This document shows, in pieces, positions 11,643 to 22,592 of a stretch of DNA of 64,000 bases. The notes under the pieces were generated by a model, which was not told the origin of the DNA, made no database searches, and was given only the letters and a program-made list of their open reading frames with translations. The stretch comes from an uncultured bacterium. Its GTDB lineage: Bacteria > Acidobacteriota > HRBIN11 > JAKEFK01. A program made the position numbers and the translations under genes. The DNA lies in contig CAVZQN010000011.1 in assembly GCA_963777505.1 (NCBI GenBank), positions 1-64,000 of the forward strand. Direction: 5' to 3'. The stretch's first letter is position 1. Each line of letters opens with the position of its first letter.

Positions 11643-12149
11643 ATGCCTCCTGAAACAATTACGTGGATCTGGTTACTTGGCGGTGGCCTTTTAATCGTAC
11701 TTGAGCTTTTTTTGCCCGGACTTATTTCAGGTTTTTTTGGAATTGCCGCTATTTTTGTAGCCTTGCTAAGATGGGGCGGATTGTTATCCGGCGTGATGGA
11801 ATCCTTTGGAGTGTGGGTTGTCACATCGGCTGTCTTATTACTCACGGTCCGTCAACTTGCGCGGAAGTGGTTTCCTGCAGAGCGGTCTTTTTCATTAACT
11901 GATGAAGATGTTGAAGCCGTCGGACAAATTGTCGATGTAATTGAAGAAGTAGGAACTGCCAAACAAGGTCGGATCCGGTTTCAAGGAACGACATGGCCGG
12001 CTGTCGCAAAAGAAGGGAGTTTAGTAGCGGGTACGAGAGCGAAACTGTTGTATCGTGACAATTTGGTTTGGGTCATCGAACCGGAATCGGAAATCGGATC
12101 TTCTGCTGATATCGCTGAATTAGAAGTTGATAAGCGTTTGAAAGAATGA
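11643..12149 (+). CDS. NfeD-family (short, YbbJ-like) membrane protein
   Basis: WIWLL.G..L..LE..LPG, C-terminal OB fold (GRIRFQGTTWPA); precedes SPFH genes. Confidence 0.9.
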   Translation: MPPETITWIWLLGGGLLIVLELFLPGLISGFFGIAAIFVALLRWGGLLSGVMESFGVWVVTSAVLLLTVRQLARKWFPAERSFSLTDEDVEAVGQIVDVIEEVGTAKQGRIRFQGTTWPAVAKEGSLVAGTRAKLLYRDNLVWVIEPESEIGSSADIAELEVDKRLKE

Positions 12150-12234
12150 TTCAAGTTCAAACAGAGATTATACGAATTCATTCGTATAATGCGTGTTCGA
12201 TCTCTTGAATTTCATTCAAAGAAGGAGTTTTCGG

Positions 12235-13239
12235 ATGTTCACATTCCTCACAATCCTGTTTTTGCTTGTTCTTTTTATTCTCTGGAAGATGTTTATTGTT
12301 GTTCCCATGCGTGAAGCCGTCCTCAAAGAACGTTTAGGCACATTCAATGGAGTCCTTACTCCCGGTTTCCATTTTCTGGTACCGTTCATTGATCGCATTG
12401 CATACAGACATGAAATGCGGGAACAGGTTGTAGATATTCCGCCACAATTTTGTACTACGCGCGATAACGTTCAAGTTGAAGTGGATGGGCTGGTTTATTT
12501 GAAAGTCATGGATCCGGCAAAAGCAAGTTATGGGATAGGTGATTATCGTTTAGCTACGATCAGTCTTGCACAAACCACAATGCGTTCTGAGATCGGAAAA
12601 CTAACGCTCGATGATACGTTTAGCGAACGCGATCGCGTTAATGATTCAATTGTGCATGAAATAGATAAAGCTTCAGAACCATGGGGAATTAAGATGATCC
12701 GTTATGAAATCCGCAACATTGTTCCATCGAAGCACATGATGGACACGATGGAAAGGCAAATGGAAGCTGAACGGAACAAGCGCGCTGAAATTACGATGGC
12801 TCAGGGGAAAAAGGAATCCAGAATCAATCTTTCCGAAGGCGAACGTCAAGAGGCGATTAATCTTTCAGAAGGTGAGAAACAGCGACGCATCAATGAGGCA
12901 CAGGGAAGAGCGCGAGAGATTCAGCTTTTAGCAGATTCAACTGCAATGGGAATCAGCAGAATTGCAGCCGCAATCCGAAAACCGGGCGGAGCGCAGGCAA
13001 TCAAAATGCGGATTATTGAACAATTTCTGAATGAATTCGGTTTAATCGTTCAGAAAGCAAATATCACAGTCGTCCCTGGTTCAATGGCCAATGTAAAAGC
13101 TTTCTTTGAGGGCCTGGGTGAAGTTACATCCGGAATGACCGATCAAGGGACGTCGCAAAGGATCGCGCCATCGGCTCCCCCTCAGCGGACACAAATCGAT
13201 GTTACGCAACCCGGAAGACCACAAGGAGGGCGGCGATGA
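12235..13239 (+). CDS. SPFH/band 7 (QmcA/stomatin-like) protein, paralog 1
   Basis: ERLG...PGFHFLVPFIDRI, TRDNVQVEVDG, LAQTTMRSEIG; ATG 12235 follows AAGGAG. Confidence 0.93.
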   Translation: MFTFLTILFLLVLFILWKMFIVVPMREAVLKERLGTFNGVLTPGFHFLVPFIDRIAYRHEMREQVVDIPPQFCTTRDNVQVEVDGLVYLKVMDPAKASYGIGDYRLATISLAQTTMRSEIGKLTLDDTFSERDRVNDSIVHEIDKASEPWGIKMIRYEIRNIVPSKHMMDTMERQMEAERNKRAEITMAQGKKESRINLSEGERQEAINLSEGEKQRRINEAQGRAREIQLLADSTAMGISRIAAAIRKPGGAQAIKMRIIEQFLNEFGLIVQKANITVVPGSMANVKAFFEGLGEVTSGMTDQGTSQRIAPSAPPQRTQIDVTQPGRPQGGRR

Positions 13240-14171
13240 TGGATTATTTCAATTATGCAGTTTGGGGAATTTTTGGTCTTATCGTTATTTTTAAATTCTT
13301 GCGTTCAGCGCGAGTCGTTCCTACGAAATCGGCATACATCGTGGAACGTTTAGGCCGTTATCACGGGACCCTCGGGCCAGGATTCCACTTTCTTCTACCT
13401 TTTATAGATCGTGTCGCTTACATTCAAGACTTGAAAGAAGAAACGATCAACGTCCCACCTCAAATGTGTTTCACAACAGACAATGTTCAAGTTGAAGTGG
13501 ATGGCGTCATCTATATGACTGTTATGGATCCTGTAAAAGCGAGTTACGGAATCACGAATTATCGTTTTGCAGCAATTCAACTTGCTCAGACGACGATGCG
13601 ATCCGTAATTGGAATACTGGAACTGGACAAAACATTTGAAGAACGTGAAGTCATTAATTCAAAAATTGTTGGCGTCTTAAACGAAGTCGGTTTACATTGG
13701 GGCGTTCAAGTTCATCGCTATGAAGTCAAAAACATTGTTACGCCTGAGACAGTCAAGATTGCTATGGAACAACAGATGACCGCCGAGCGTGATAGACGTG
13801 CACTGTTAGCGCAATCGCAGGGCGATAAGCAAAGCCGTATCAACAACTCAGAAGGTATAAAAACCGAAGCAGTGAACAAATCTGAAGGTGAAATGCAGAA
13901 AAGAGTTAATGAAGCGGAAGGGCGTGCGCGAGAAATTGAAGCGATTGCAAGTGCAACAGCTGATGCCATTGAAAAACTTGCTGCTGCAATCAATCAAGAA
14001 GGCGGAGAAATGGCCGTTCAAATGCGCTTAAGCGAACAATTTTTGGACAGGCTTGGAGGGCTTGCAAAGCCTGGCGCCAACATTATTCTGCCGGCAGATT
14101 TAACCCGAATTGATACCATGCTTGAATCGTTGGGAATTATGCCCGGTAGTACTACGCGTAAGTCTGAATAA
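13236..14171 (+). CDS. SPFH/band 7 (QmcA/stomatin-like) protein, paralog 2
   Basis: Same motifs (TTDNVQVEVDG, LAQTTMRSVIG); ATGA overlap with paralog 1. Confidence 0.93.
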   Translation: MMDYFNYAVWGIFGLIVIFKFLRSARVVPTKSAYIVERLGRYHGTLGPGFHFLLPFIDRVAYIQDLKEETINVPPQMCFTTDNVQVEVDGVIYMTVMDPVKASYGITNYRFAAIQLAQTTMRSVIGILELDKTFEEREVINSKIVGVLNEVGLHWGVQVHRYEVKNIVTPETVKIAMEQQMTAERDRRALLAQSQGDKQSRINNSEGIKTEAVNKSEGEMQKRVNEAEGRAREIEAIASATADAIEKLAAAINQEGGEMAVQMRLSEQFLDRLGGLAKPGANIILPADLTRIDTMLESLGIMPGSTTRKSE

Positions 14172-14224
14172 ATAATAATTCTTTTTTAACCACAAAGACG
14201 TTAAGACTGCATACATTAGAAGGG

Positions 14225-17200
14225 ATGAAGGTATTACAACCTAAAGAGACTTTGTGGTACAAAGACGCCGTCATTTACGAAGCGCACGTAAAAGCGTATT
14301 TCGATAGCACAAATGATGGCATAGGAGATTTTCCAGGCCTCACCTTAAAGCTGGACTATCTCCAGGACCTTGGAATTAATTGCATCTGGCTTCTGCCTTT
14401 TTACCCTTCACCCTTAAAAGATGACGGCTACGATATTTCGGATTTCCTGGATGTTCACTCTATTTATGGAAAACTTCAGGATTTCAGAATTTTTGTCCGC
14501 GAAGCACATAAACGCGGCATTCGCGTTATAACAGAACTCGTTCTCAATCACACTTCAGATCAACATCGATGGTTTCAAGCTGCTCGCAAGGCTCCTAAGG
14601 ATTCGAATGCAAGGAATTTTTATGTTTGGAGTGACAATCCAAAAAAATATGAGAACGTTCGAATTATCTTTTCTGATACCGAACCTTCAAACTGGACCTG
14701 GGATCCTGTAGCTGAGCAATATTACTGGCATCGATTCTTTCACCACCAACCTGATCTCAACTATGACAACCCTGCTGTCCTTCGCAAAGTAATGGAGGTT
14801 CTGCGATTCTGGCTTGATATGGGTGTAGATGGAATGCGGCTTGATGCTGTTCCCTATCTGGTAGAACGTGAAGGAACTGATTGTGCAAATCTTCCTGAAA
14901 CTCATTCAGTTTTGAAAGAGATCCGCCGCCAAATTGATTTAAATTATCCGGACCGGATGCTTCTTGCAGAGGCAAATCTCTGGCCTGCTGATGTTACCAG
15001 TTATTTCAGTCAAGGGGATGAGTGTCATATGGCATTTCATTTCCCATTAATGCCGCGAATTTACATGGCCCTGCGACAGGAAGACCGCCATCCAATTACA
15101 GATATTTTGAGACAAACTCCGGAAATTCCAGAGAACTGCCAGTGGGCATTGTTTTTGAGAAATCATGATGAATTGACATTGGAGATGGTTACGGATGAAG
15201 AGCGGGATTACATGTACAGCGCTTATGCAGCAGACTCACGAAGCAGACTTAATCTTGGAATTCGGCGAAGGCTTGCTCCCTTAATGGAAAACAGCCGCCG
15301 CCGCATCGAATTGCTTATCAGTATTTTGTTTTCCTTGAAAGGCACTCCGTGCATTTATTACGGTGATGAAATTGGGATGGGCGACAACATTTATTTGGGT
15401 GATCGCAATGGTGTTCGAACCCCAATGCAATGGAGTAACGACAGAAATGCCGGATTTTCTCGCGCGGATTTCGCCCAACTTTATTCCGCTCCCATCATGG
15501 ATCCTGTTTATGGTTATCAAGCAATCAATGTAGAGGCGCAGGAGCGAGATCCATCATCGTTATTGAACTGGATGAAACGGATGATCGCTCTTCGCAAAGG
15601 ATTTAAAACCTTTGGACGCGGAACGATTGAATTTTTGTATCCTTCAAATAGAAAAGTACTTGCATATATACGGCGTTATCAAGATGAAGCCATTTTATGT
15701 GTCGCGAACCTTAGCCGTTTCGTCCAGCCTGTTGATTTAGATTTGCAAGCCTGGAAAGGATTCATTCCGGTTGAAATGATCGGACGTACACAATTTCCGC
15801 CTATCAGTGATTCTCATTATTTTCTTACTCTGGGACCACATAACTTTTTCTGGTTTCATTTAACCCTCGTTCCAGAAGTTCCAGGCGCATTGGTTCAACC
15901 AGTGGTTGTTGAGGACGAAGCTCTGCCGGTTTTAACACTCAATGGATCTCAGGCCGAATTCTTGCAGCGAAATCAAAGAATTCTTGAAAATCAAGTTTTG
16001 CCGCTTTTCCTGAGAAAACAAGTTTGGTTTCGAGGCAAGAACCGGAAGATTCAAGATGTCCGTATCAATGATTGGATTGTAGCGGAAAATGAACCGGCTT
16101 TGTTTGTTCTGTTTGTCGAAGTTAGACTTGGCCGTGGTGAAGTAGAAACGTATGTACTTCCGGTTTGTCTTACACCGAATAGCGGTCCTGCCTGTTCGCA
16201 GCCATTAGCCAAAGTTCGAAACTCTGAAGTCGATCTCGTACTTTGTGACGCACTTTCCGGTGAAGTTTGTGCGCGTCACTTTTTACAATGGATTCAAGCA
16301 ACAGGAAAAGTTGCAACACAAAACGGGGAACTCAATCTCATTCTTAATGAAAAAGATCAAGTCGTGCACCCTCTTACTTTTGATGATCCTAATCGTGATC
16401 ACTATGTGAATTTAGGTGCGCATCCTGACAGAACGATGATCGGCTTTGGAACACATTTAATCTTAAAACTTTATAGACAGCTTCAAGAAGGTCCTTCCAT
16501 TGAGCAGGAAGTCCTTCCGTTTCTTCAATTGGCCCGTTTCGATCGTGTCCCGAGTGTACTTGCAGTTCTTGAATATAAATCGAACGGAAATAAACCAGGT
16601 ACAATTTTGCTTGCTGAAAGGCTTGTGTCACATCAAGGGAATGTCTGGGATTACACGCTTGATGAACTTGGACGCTTTTTTGAACGAGCTCGCAGTGCGC
16701 GTCAGGATATTTGTCCCCCACCGGAAATTCAAGGTGCCTTTGACCTGGTCGGTCAAAAACCCTCCGTTGCAGTTGCCGATGTTCTTGGGAGTGTTACTCA
16801 AACTGCCGGGTTATTGGGTCGTCGTACAGCAGAATTTCATTTAGCGTTAGCTTCGGACAACACGAATTCAGCTTTCCGCCCGCAAATTTTTACGCCACCT
16901 GATTATGAAGAACTCGTTCAAAGTCTAAACGGGCTGTCGGAAGAATCATTTCACGAACTCCTTTCGGCATCAAAGAAGTTGAATCGAAATACGCGAACAC
17001 TTGCGCACAAAGTTCTACGTTCACGAAAATCTTTGGTCAAACAATTTGATGAAATTCAAAAATGGTCGAAGCCGCTGTTGAAGGTGCGTGTGCATGGCAA
17101 TTATGATCTGGGCAAATTATTGTGGGTCAAAAATGATTTCATTATGATGGACTTTGAAAAAGATCCAAACGGCAGACAACTTCAATCTGCGTATGATTCT

Positions 17201-17569
17201 CCTTTGAGAGATGTTGCTTCGATGATGCGTTCGTTCAGCTATGCCAGCTATACAGCACTCATGCGTTTTACGGAAACCAAAATGGAAGATTTCGAAAAAC
17301 TAAAAGTATGGGCTGATTGCTGGTGGCGATGGGTCAGCGCTGCGTTTCTAACTGAATATAAGTTGTCATTTGGAGAAACAGATCTTGTGCCTTCATCGAT
17401 GGAGGACTTCAATACTTTAACTAAATTGTATCTGGCCGAAAGAATCTTTAATGAGCTTCAATTCGAATTATCGTTCCGTCCCGACTGGATTAGAGTTCCA
17501 TTAGAAGGTCTTTTGAGATTGCAAATCCGTTCCGCGAAAAATGACGTTCGAGAGAGGTCTGATGAGTGA
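14225..17569 (+). CDS. treS: Trehalose synthase TreS fused to a degenerate maltokinase (Mak/Pep2) domain
   Basis: [40 protein letters not shown]-terminal kinase-like region with [10 protein letters not shown] and [13 protein letters not shown]. Confidence 0.95.
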   Translation: MKVLQPKETLWYKDAVIYEAHVKAYFDSTNDGIGDFPGLTLKLDYLQDLGINCIWLLPFYPSPLKDDGYDISDFLDVHSIYGKLQDFRIFVREAHKRGIRVITELVLNHTSDQHRWFQAARKAPKDSNARNFYVWSDNPKKYENVRIIFSDTEPSNWTWDPVAEQYYWHRFFHHQPDLNYDNPAVLRKVMEVLRFWLDMGVDGMRLDAVPYLVEREGTDCANLPETHSVLKEIRRQIDLNYPDRMLLAEANLWPADVTSYFSQGDECHMAFHFPLMPRIYMALRQEDRHPITDILRQTPEIPENCQWALFLRNHDELTLEMVTDEERDYMYSAYAADSRSRLNLGIRRRLAPLMENSRRRIELLISILFSLKGTPCIYYGDEIGMGDNIYLGDRNGVRTPMQWSNDRNAGFSRADFAQLYSAPIMDPVYGYQAINVEAQERDPSSLLNWMKRMIALRKGFKTFGRGTIEFLYPSNRKVLAYIRRYQDEAILCVANLSRFVQPVDLDLQAWKGFIPVEMIGRTQFPPISDSHYFLTLGPHNFFWFHLTLVPEVPGALVQPVVVEDEALPVLTLNGSQAEFLQRNQRILENQVLPLFLRKQVWFRGKNRKIQDVRINDWIVAENEPALFVLFVEVRLGRGEVETYVLPVCLTPNSGPACSQPLAKVRNSEVDLVLCDALSGEVCARHFLQWIQATGKVATQNGELNLILNEKDQVVHPLTFDDPNRDHYVNLGAHPDRTMIGFGTHLILKLYRQLQEGPSIEQEVLPFLQLARFDRVPSVLAVLEYKSNGNKPGTILLAERLVSHQGNVWDYTLDELGRFFERARSARQDICPPPEIQGAFDLVGQKPSVAVADVLGSVTQTAGLLGRRTAEFHLALASDNTNSAFRPQIFTPPDYEELVQSLNGLSEESFHELLSASKKLNRNTRTLAHKVLRSRKSLVKQFDEIQKWSKPLLKVRVHGNYDLGKLLWVKNDFIMMDFEKDPNGRQLQSAYDSPLRDVASMMRSFSYASYTALMRFTETKMEDFEKLKVWADCWWRWVSAAFLTEYKLSFGETDLVPSSMEDFNTLTKLYLAERIFNELQFELSFRPDWIRVPLEGLLRLQIRSAKNDVRERSDE

Positions 17570-19481
17570 TGCATTTTTGAGTGACGAAGATCTTCATTTG
17601 CTTGCAGAAGGGAAGCATTACAAGAGCTATGAAAAGATGGGGGCTCATGTAATCGAATCGTATGGCACGCAGGGTACTCATTTTGCTGTGTGGGCTCCAA
17701 ATGCAGAGAGCGTATTTGTCATTGGAGAATGGAATGATTGGAAAGCCGGACAAAATGAGATGACGGATCGGCTTGGTGTTGGGATCTGGGAAGCATTTAT
17801 TCCAGGGATCGGACACGGAACCCTTTACAAATACGCTGTTCATTCGCGTTATAAGGATTTTCAAGCAGATAAATCTGATCCTTATGCGTTTGCTACAGAG
17901 CTTGTGCCTCAAACTGCATCGCGGGTGTGGGAAATTTCCGATTATGAATGGGCAGATTCAGAATGGATGCGAAATCGCGCACGCTTAAACGCTCTTGATG
18001 CTCCCATGTCAATTTATGAAGTACATCTTGGATCCTGGCGCCGTGTTGCGGATGAAGGAAACCGTTTTCTGACTTATCGTGAACTGGCCCCGTTGCTCGT
18101 TGAGTATATGCTGGAAATGGGATACACACATGTTGAATTTTTGCCAGTCAGCGAACATCCGTTTTATGGTTCATGGGGATATCAGACTGTTGCTTACTTT
18201 GCTCCAACAAGCCGCTATGGAACACCGCAAGACTTCATGTTTCTTGTGGATACCCTTCACCAAAACGGGATTGGAGTGATTTTAGATTGGGTGCCTGCGC
18301 ATTTTCCGCGTGATGGACACGGGCTTGCATTCTTTGATGGTACTCATCTATATGAACATGCCGATCCAAGGCAGGGTCTTCATGTGGATTGGGGAACATT
18401 TATTTTCAACTATGGACGCCCAGAAGTAGTCAACTTCCTTTTGAGTAATGGTTTGTTCTGGTTAGACAAATATCATATCGATGGATTAAGGGTTGATGCC
18501 GTTGCTTCGATGTTGTATCTGGATTATGGAAGAAATCATGGTGAATGGGTGGCCAACAAATATGGGGGCCGCGAAAATTTGGAAGCAGTCGATTTTCTTA
18601 GAAAGTTTAATGAACTTGTTTATGAAAAATATCCAGGTACTTTGACCATTGCAGAAGAATCTACAGCCTGGCCGCTTGTTTCGCGTCCCACCTATCTTGG
18701 CGGCCTGGGCTTCACTTTAAAATGGAATATGGGCTGGATGCATGATGTGCTGGATTATTTTGATAAAGATCCAATCCACCGAAGTTATCATCACAACAAA
18801 CTCACCTTTGGAATGATGTATGCATTCTCTGAGAATTTTGTTTTGCCTTTTTCGCATGATGAAGTTGTCCATTTAAAAAAATCGATGCTGGATAAGATGC
18901 CTGGAGACTACTGGCAGAAGTGCGCAAACCTTCGGCTTTTGTATGGGTTTATGTACGGTCATCCCGGTAAGAAACTACTTTTCATGGGCCAGGAATTCGG
19001 AATGTGGAGAGAGTGGAATCATGATGCTGCACTCGAATGGCATTTACTGGAACATCCAATGCATGAAGGAATTCAACGATGGGTGAAAGATTTAAATCAC
19101 AGTTATCAGAAGTTAGATGAACTGCATGAAGTTGATTATGACTGGAAGGGCTTTGAATGGATTGATTGCAATGATTATTTGGAAAGCATTCTCAGTTTTT
19201 TACGTTACGGAAAGAATCGTGATTCCGCTTTGATGATTGCGTGCAATTTTACTCCGATACCACGATATGAATACAGAATTGGGGTCCCATCGGCCGGGCG
19301 TTGGGAAGAGATTCTGAATAGTGACGGAAGGATCTACGGAGGCAGCGGTTTAGGAAATTTTGGAGGTGTGGAAGCTGAAGAAATTGAGCACCATGGCCGT
19401 CCTTATTCTCTAAGCGTAACCTTGCCCCCGCTAGCTGTTGTTATGTTTCGTGCAAAACAGGAGACACTCTCTGAGTCTTAG
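17562..19481 (+). CDS. glgB: 1,4-alpha-glucan branching enzyme
   Basis: [39 protein letters not shown]; start taken at ATG 17562. Confidence 0.97.
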   Translation: MSDAFLSDEDLHLLAEGKHYKSYEKMGAHVIESYGTQGTHFAVWAPNAESVFVIGEWNDWKAGQNEMTDRLGVGIWEAFIPGIGHGTLYKYAVHSRYKDFQADKSDPYAFATELVPQTASRVWEISDYEWADSEWMRNRARLNALDAPMSIYEVHLGSWRRVADEGNRFLTYRELAPLLVEYMLEMGYTHVEFLPVSEHPFYGSWGYQTVAYFAPTSRYGTPQDFMFLVDTLHQNGIGVILDWVPAHFPRDGHGLAFFDGTHLYEHADPRQGLHVDWGTFIFNYGRPEVVNFLLSNGLFWLDKYHIDGLRVDAVASMLYLDYGRNHGEWVANKYGGRENLEAVDFLRKFNELVYEKYPGTLTIAEESTAWPLVSRPTYLGGLGFTLKWNMGWMHDVLDYFDKDPIHRSYHHNKLTFGMMYAFSENFVLPFSHDEVVHLKKSMLDKMPGDYWQKCANLRLLYGFMYGHPGKKLLFMGQEFGMWREWNHDAALEWHLLEHPMHEGIQRWVKDLNHSYQKLDELHEVDYDWKGFEWIDCNDYLESILSFLRYGKNRDSALMIACNFTPIPRYEYRIGVPSAGRWEEILNSDGRIYGGSGLGNFGGVEAEEIEHHGRPYSLSVTLPPLAVVMFRAKQETLSES

Positions 19482-19492
19482 AGGTTGGTTTT

Positions 19493-21934
19493 TTATACAG
19501 ATGCTTCTATTGCGCCTTGTTCTACCCAATGAGCCAGTAGCCGGCGAACGCGGTAGGAATCTGCGGTAACAGCAGCATCGCATTCGATTGGTGTTGCACC
19601 GCTCCGGACTGTTGTCCATAAATCTCTAAAAAATAGTCCATCCTTTTCATCTGGCAGTGCAACAGGTCTATCGGACTTCAACACGAGACGTGCCTTATCA
19701 GGAACGAGCGATCTACACTGTTGCAGCTCATCATAGCGGCGAATTCCTTCAAGAGTTAATGGCAAGAGATCGCGTAATTCGGTTTGCTCGTCTCCGCGTT
19801 CTGGTGTTCGGCTAAATTGAAAAGTTCCTGGTTGCGGCCATTCGAAAAGTTGATAAAATGCCGCTTCACCTGTTAATGATCCGGCCATACAGGAATGATA
19901 TTTCCCTTTTTCAAGGAACAACGTTCCGATTTCTTCACCGCCAGGATTTTTGAGAACGAGACATCCAGTCGCAGCAAGTTCAGCAAGGCTTTGCAAAAGT
20001 GAAGGCAATCCGAACAACTCAAGATCACCCATCAAACTGGGCTTTAAACCTTCCGGACGCTTAGGCATGGATGTTTGTTCCAAATTCGCAAGAGCCCTGG
20101 CTGCGATTGAACCGACTGGGCGATCCGAATGTTTCTGTTTTAAATCTTCAAGCGCACGCCGTACACGAGGCATCGGCGTTGAAGAAAGCGCTTCAATTAT
20201 GTATTGAAGCTCCTGATCTTTTTGTTGAAGTACAATTCCAAGAAGTTTTACTGGAGTATTTGCTCGTAATGCAGCGAGTAATCTCTCTACAGTTTCGACA
20301 TCTTTAGACAGGTCTTGTTTTGAGAGTTCAGTAAGCCTGCTCATCGTATCCCCAAGCTTTGGCTTTTTCTTTAATCCGTGATCTACAACAGCTTTCCATG
20401 CATTTGATGTTCCAATGCGTGCCAGTGAACCAATCGTGCGATCCAGAATCACAAGCAACTCTTCCGGTTCGTATGGTGATTCTGCAGGATTCATTAGCAA
20501 TCCTTCAACATTTCCAAGTACAGATAACAACGCCTGTTCAGATCGTTCTGTTTTCAGGTGGCCTAAATATCCCACTGCTTCTTTGATTAACAATGGCGGA
20601 TAGATTAAATCGGCATGGTGTGCAGTCACTTCACTTAACTCTTTCAAAGACTCAGTAGGTGAAATTGGAATTTTTGATAGTAAATAAATTAGATTTCGAC
20701 GGAAATAGATTTCTGCTTCTGTTTGATGTGACCCAAGCGGCAGCAAAAGATGAGATACGGCCGCGGTCCGAGTACCCTCTCCATGACACTCGAGCAAAAG
20801 TAGCAATAACCGACGCCTATCGCGTTTTGATTCTTTGTGTAAAGCGTCGAGCAATCCTTGTGGAGTCATGCTCGTAAAAAAGTTCATGATTTTTTTCAGC
20901 ATCACATGCGATTCGGGCTCTTCTGCATATTTTTTCAATCTTTCCGGATCCAGATTCTCATCGCCCTTTCTACGCAGGATCTCAACAGTTCTTTCATCAA
21001 CTTCTTTTGCGGCGATAATTCGAAATGCGAGATCGATCATTGATGCTGCTTGTCCGATAGAACCTTCATTAAATCGTTCAATTCCGGCTTTAACTAATTG
21101 ATGGAAACGAGTTGCTCCTTCCCTTGGATCAGGAGCTTCCGCAACGATACGGTGCATCGCTTTTAAATTCCGGTCTTCCGGAATTTGAAGACCTAATTTT
21201 TCAGGAAGTGCCCACACAGTTAAGTTTTTACCAAGTGCTTTGAAAACATCTTCTGTCGTTGCGTCGATTCCCTGGTTGCGAAGTTGAGCAAGCCAACGGT
21301 CTAATTCCATGACAACCTGCGCACTTCGAGCTGCTTCAGCCAGAGCATCGCCAACTACATCTTTATGTCTTTCAGTTCCTACTGCTTCACCTGCTGCCGC
21401 CAATGCACCGAGTCCTCTTTCTAATTTCCGCATTAGACGGTTAAATCGATCCTCATCTGGTACTTCCTTACCACCACGTTCTGCATGAGTGGGCGGATGT
21501 GACACATCACTGCTGCCACCTGCCTGCCTGTAAATGACTTCAACCGGAGGCGCCATCGATGGAGAACCTTCTCCCATATTTTCTAGATTTTTCCGCAGCA
21601 CTTCGCGGTCTTCAGTTGGACAATATTCCAGCACCACGTATTTCAACCGATCTAGAAATGGCTGGAATTTTTCGGGAGGAATTAATTTATATTCCTTCAT
21701 CATGTGGAGTTTCTTGATTGCATGAAAGAAATAGTCAGACGCAGGAATTGCTTGACCTGTACGATACTGAGCTCCGACCCACGCAAATATGGCAGAGCCA
21801 ACGATTTCAGCTGGCGTCTCAGATAGCACTTCAATGGTGTCAACCACCATTAACGGAGCCAACTGGTCCGATAGATATTGATGCAATTCCTCCAGGGCCT
21901 TTACAACCCTGGGGTCATTGTTAAAATCTGACAT
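19493..21934 (-). CDS. Large helical (HEAT-like) protein with C-terminal DUF4388 (PatA-N-like) domain
   Basis: C-terminal LMGDLELFGLPSLLQSL...TGCLVL...G.L.LEKG...GEAAFYQLFEW..GTFQF...LEGIRRYDE matches DUF4388. Confidence 0.78.
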   Translation of the reverse strand: MSDFNNDPRVVKALEELHQYLSDQLAPLMVVDTIEVLSETPAEIVGSAIFAWVGAQYRTGQAIPASDYFFHAIKKLHMMKEYKLIPPEKFQPFLDRLKYVVLEYCPTEDREVLRKNLENMGEGSPSMAPPVEVIYRQAGGSSDVSHPPTHAERGGKEVPDEDRFNRLMRKLERGLGALAAAGEAVGTERHKDVVGDALAEAARSAQVVMELDRWLAQLRNQGIDATTEDVFKALGKNLTVWALPEKLGLQIPEDRNLKAMHRIVAEAPDPREGATRFHQLVKAGIERFNEGSIGQAASMIDLAFRIIAAKEVDERTVEILRRKGDENLDPERLKKYAEEPESHVMLKKIMNFFTSMTPQGLLDALHKESKRDRRRLLLLLLECHGEGTRTAAVSHLLLPLGSHQTEAEIYFRRNLIYLLSKIPISPTESLKELSEVTAHHADLIYPPLLIKEAVGYLGHLKTERSEQALLSVLGNVEGLLMNPAESPYEPEELLVILDRTIGSLARIGTSNAWKAVVDHGLKKKPKLGDTMSRLTELSKQDLSKDVETVERLLAALRANTPVKLLGIVLQQKDQELQYIIEALSSTPMPRVRRALEDLKQKHSDRPVGSIAARALANLEQTSMPKRPEGLKPSLMGDLELFGLPSLLQSLAELAATGCLVLKNPGGEEIGTLFLEKGKYHSCMAGSLTGEAAFYQLFEWPQPGTFQFSRTPERGDEQTELRDLLPLTLEGIRRYDELQQCRSLVPDKARLVLKSDRPVALPDEKDGLFFRDLWTTVRSGATPIECDAAVTADSYRVRRLLAHWVEQGAIEASV

Positions 21935-22164
21935 TTACTTCCCCATCTTAGCCTAACCTAAGGAGATATCTGTATGCAAGGTTCAGGCCTTTATGGCGGT
22001 CCTACTTTGTCGAGGATAAGCACTCGCGATTCTACACACGAGAACAGTATAATGTATAAAAACCGGACGTTACCACCCTCCCCGAATACCTCTATGATAC
22101 CGGATTTTCCATTTTTCGTCAGCCATGACATGAATGAGTCCCGACTTGCATTAAAATGGTAAAA

Positions 22165-22567
22165 ATGAATATCTCGGACGAAGCAACCATTGCTTCTGAA
22201 CTATCCGCTGCCTTATTTAATACTGAAGAACTAGATGAGCTCGGCTCCGGTGGAGATTTTAGAAGCCGTTGCACGAAATCTAGTCGAACGATTTCAATCT
22301 CATTCTCTTGAAGGATTTGAACATGTCTTCTCACGCGTTGAGCGATCGTATCATCTGGAGCACTCCCGATCTGCGACAATGGCTTATTGTGAATTTCCTT
22401 GAAGTCTTGAAAAATGTTTCGGTATGGTCAGACCTTGATTATGTTGTATTCGAAAATGGCTCGGCCCTGAATCTCACGTTGCATGGCGCTGGCTTGAAAA
22501 GCGATGGCAAGGAAATCAAAGTCTTGCAGATACTTTGAAATACGGATCAAAGAAGAATTCAGACTAG
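22165..22567 (+). pseudogene. Small helical protein gene (about 133 aa, DUF7674-like from memory) broken by at least 3 frameshifts
   Basis: Stitching frames gives MNISDEATIASELSAALFNTEELDE/APVEILEAVARNLVERFQSHSLEGFEHVFSRVE/STPDLRQWLIVNFLEVLKNVSVWSDLDYVVFE/WLGPESHVAWRWLEKRWQGNQSLADTLKYGSKKNSD*. Shifts near 22242, 22340-22360 and 22455. Confidence 0.6.
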
Positions 22568-22592
22568 CATTCGTTTACCTTTGAAAAAATCC

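Noticed and set aside
21974-22162. 62-aa ORF with an AAGGAG upstream
   Set aside because: No recognisable features, and it fills the divergent promoter region 40 nt from the opposite gene start. Unsupported, though not excluded.
22119-22538. ORFs 22119..22379 (-) and 22308..22538 (+) as independent genes
   Set aside because: Better explained as the antisense shadow and one frame segment of the frameshifted gene 22165-22567.
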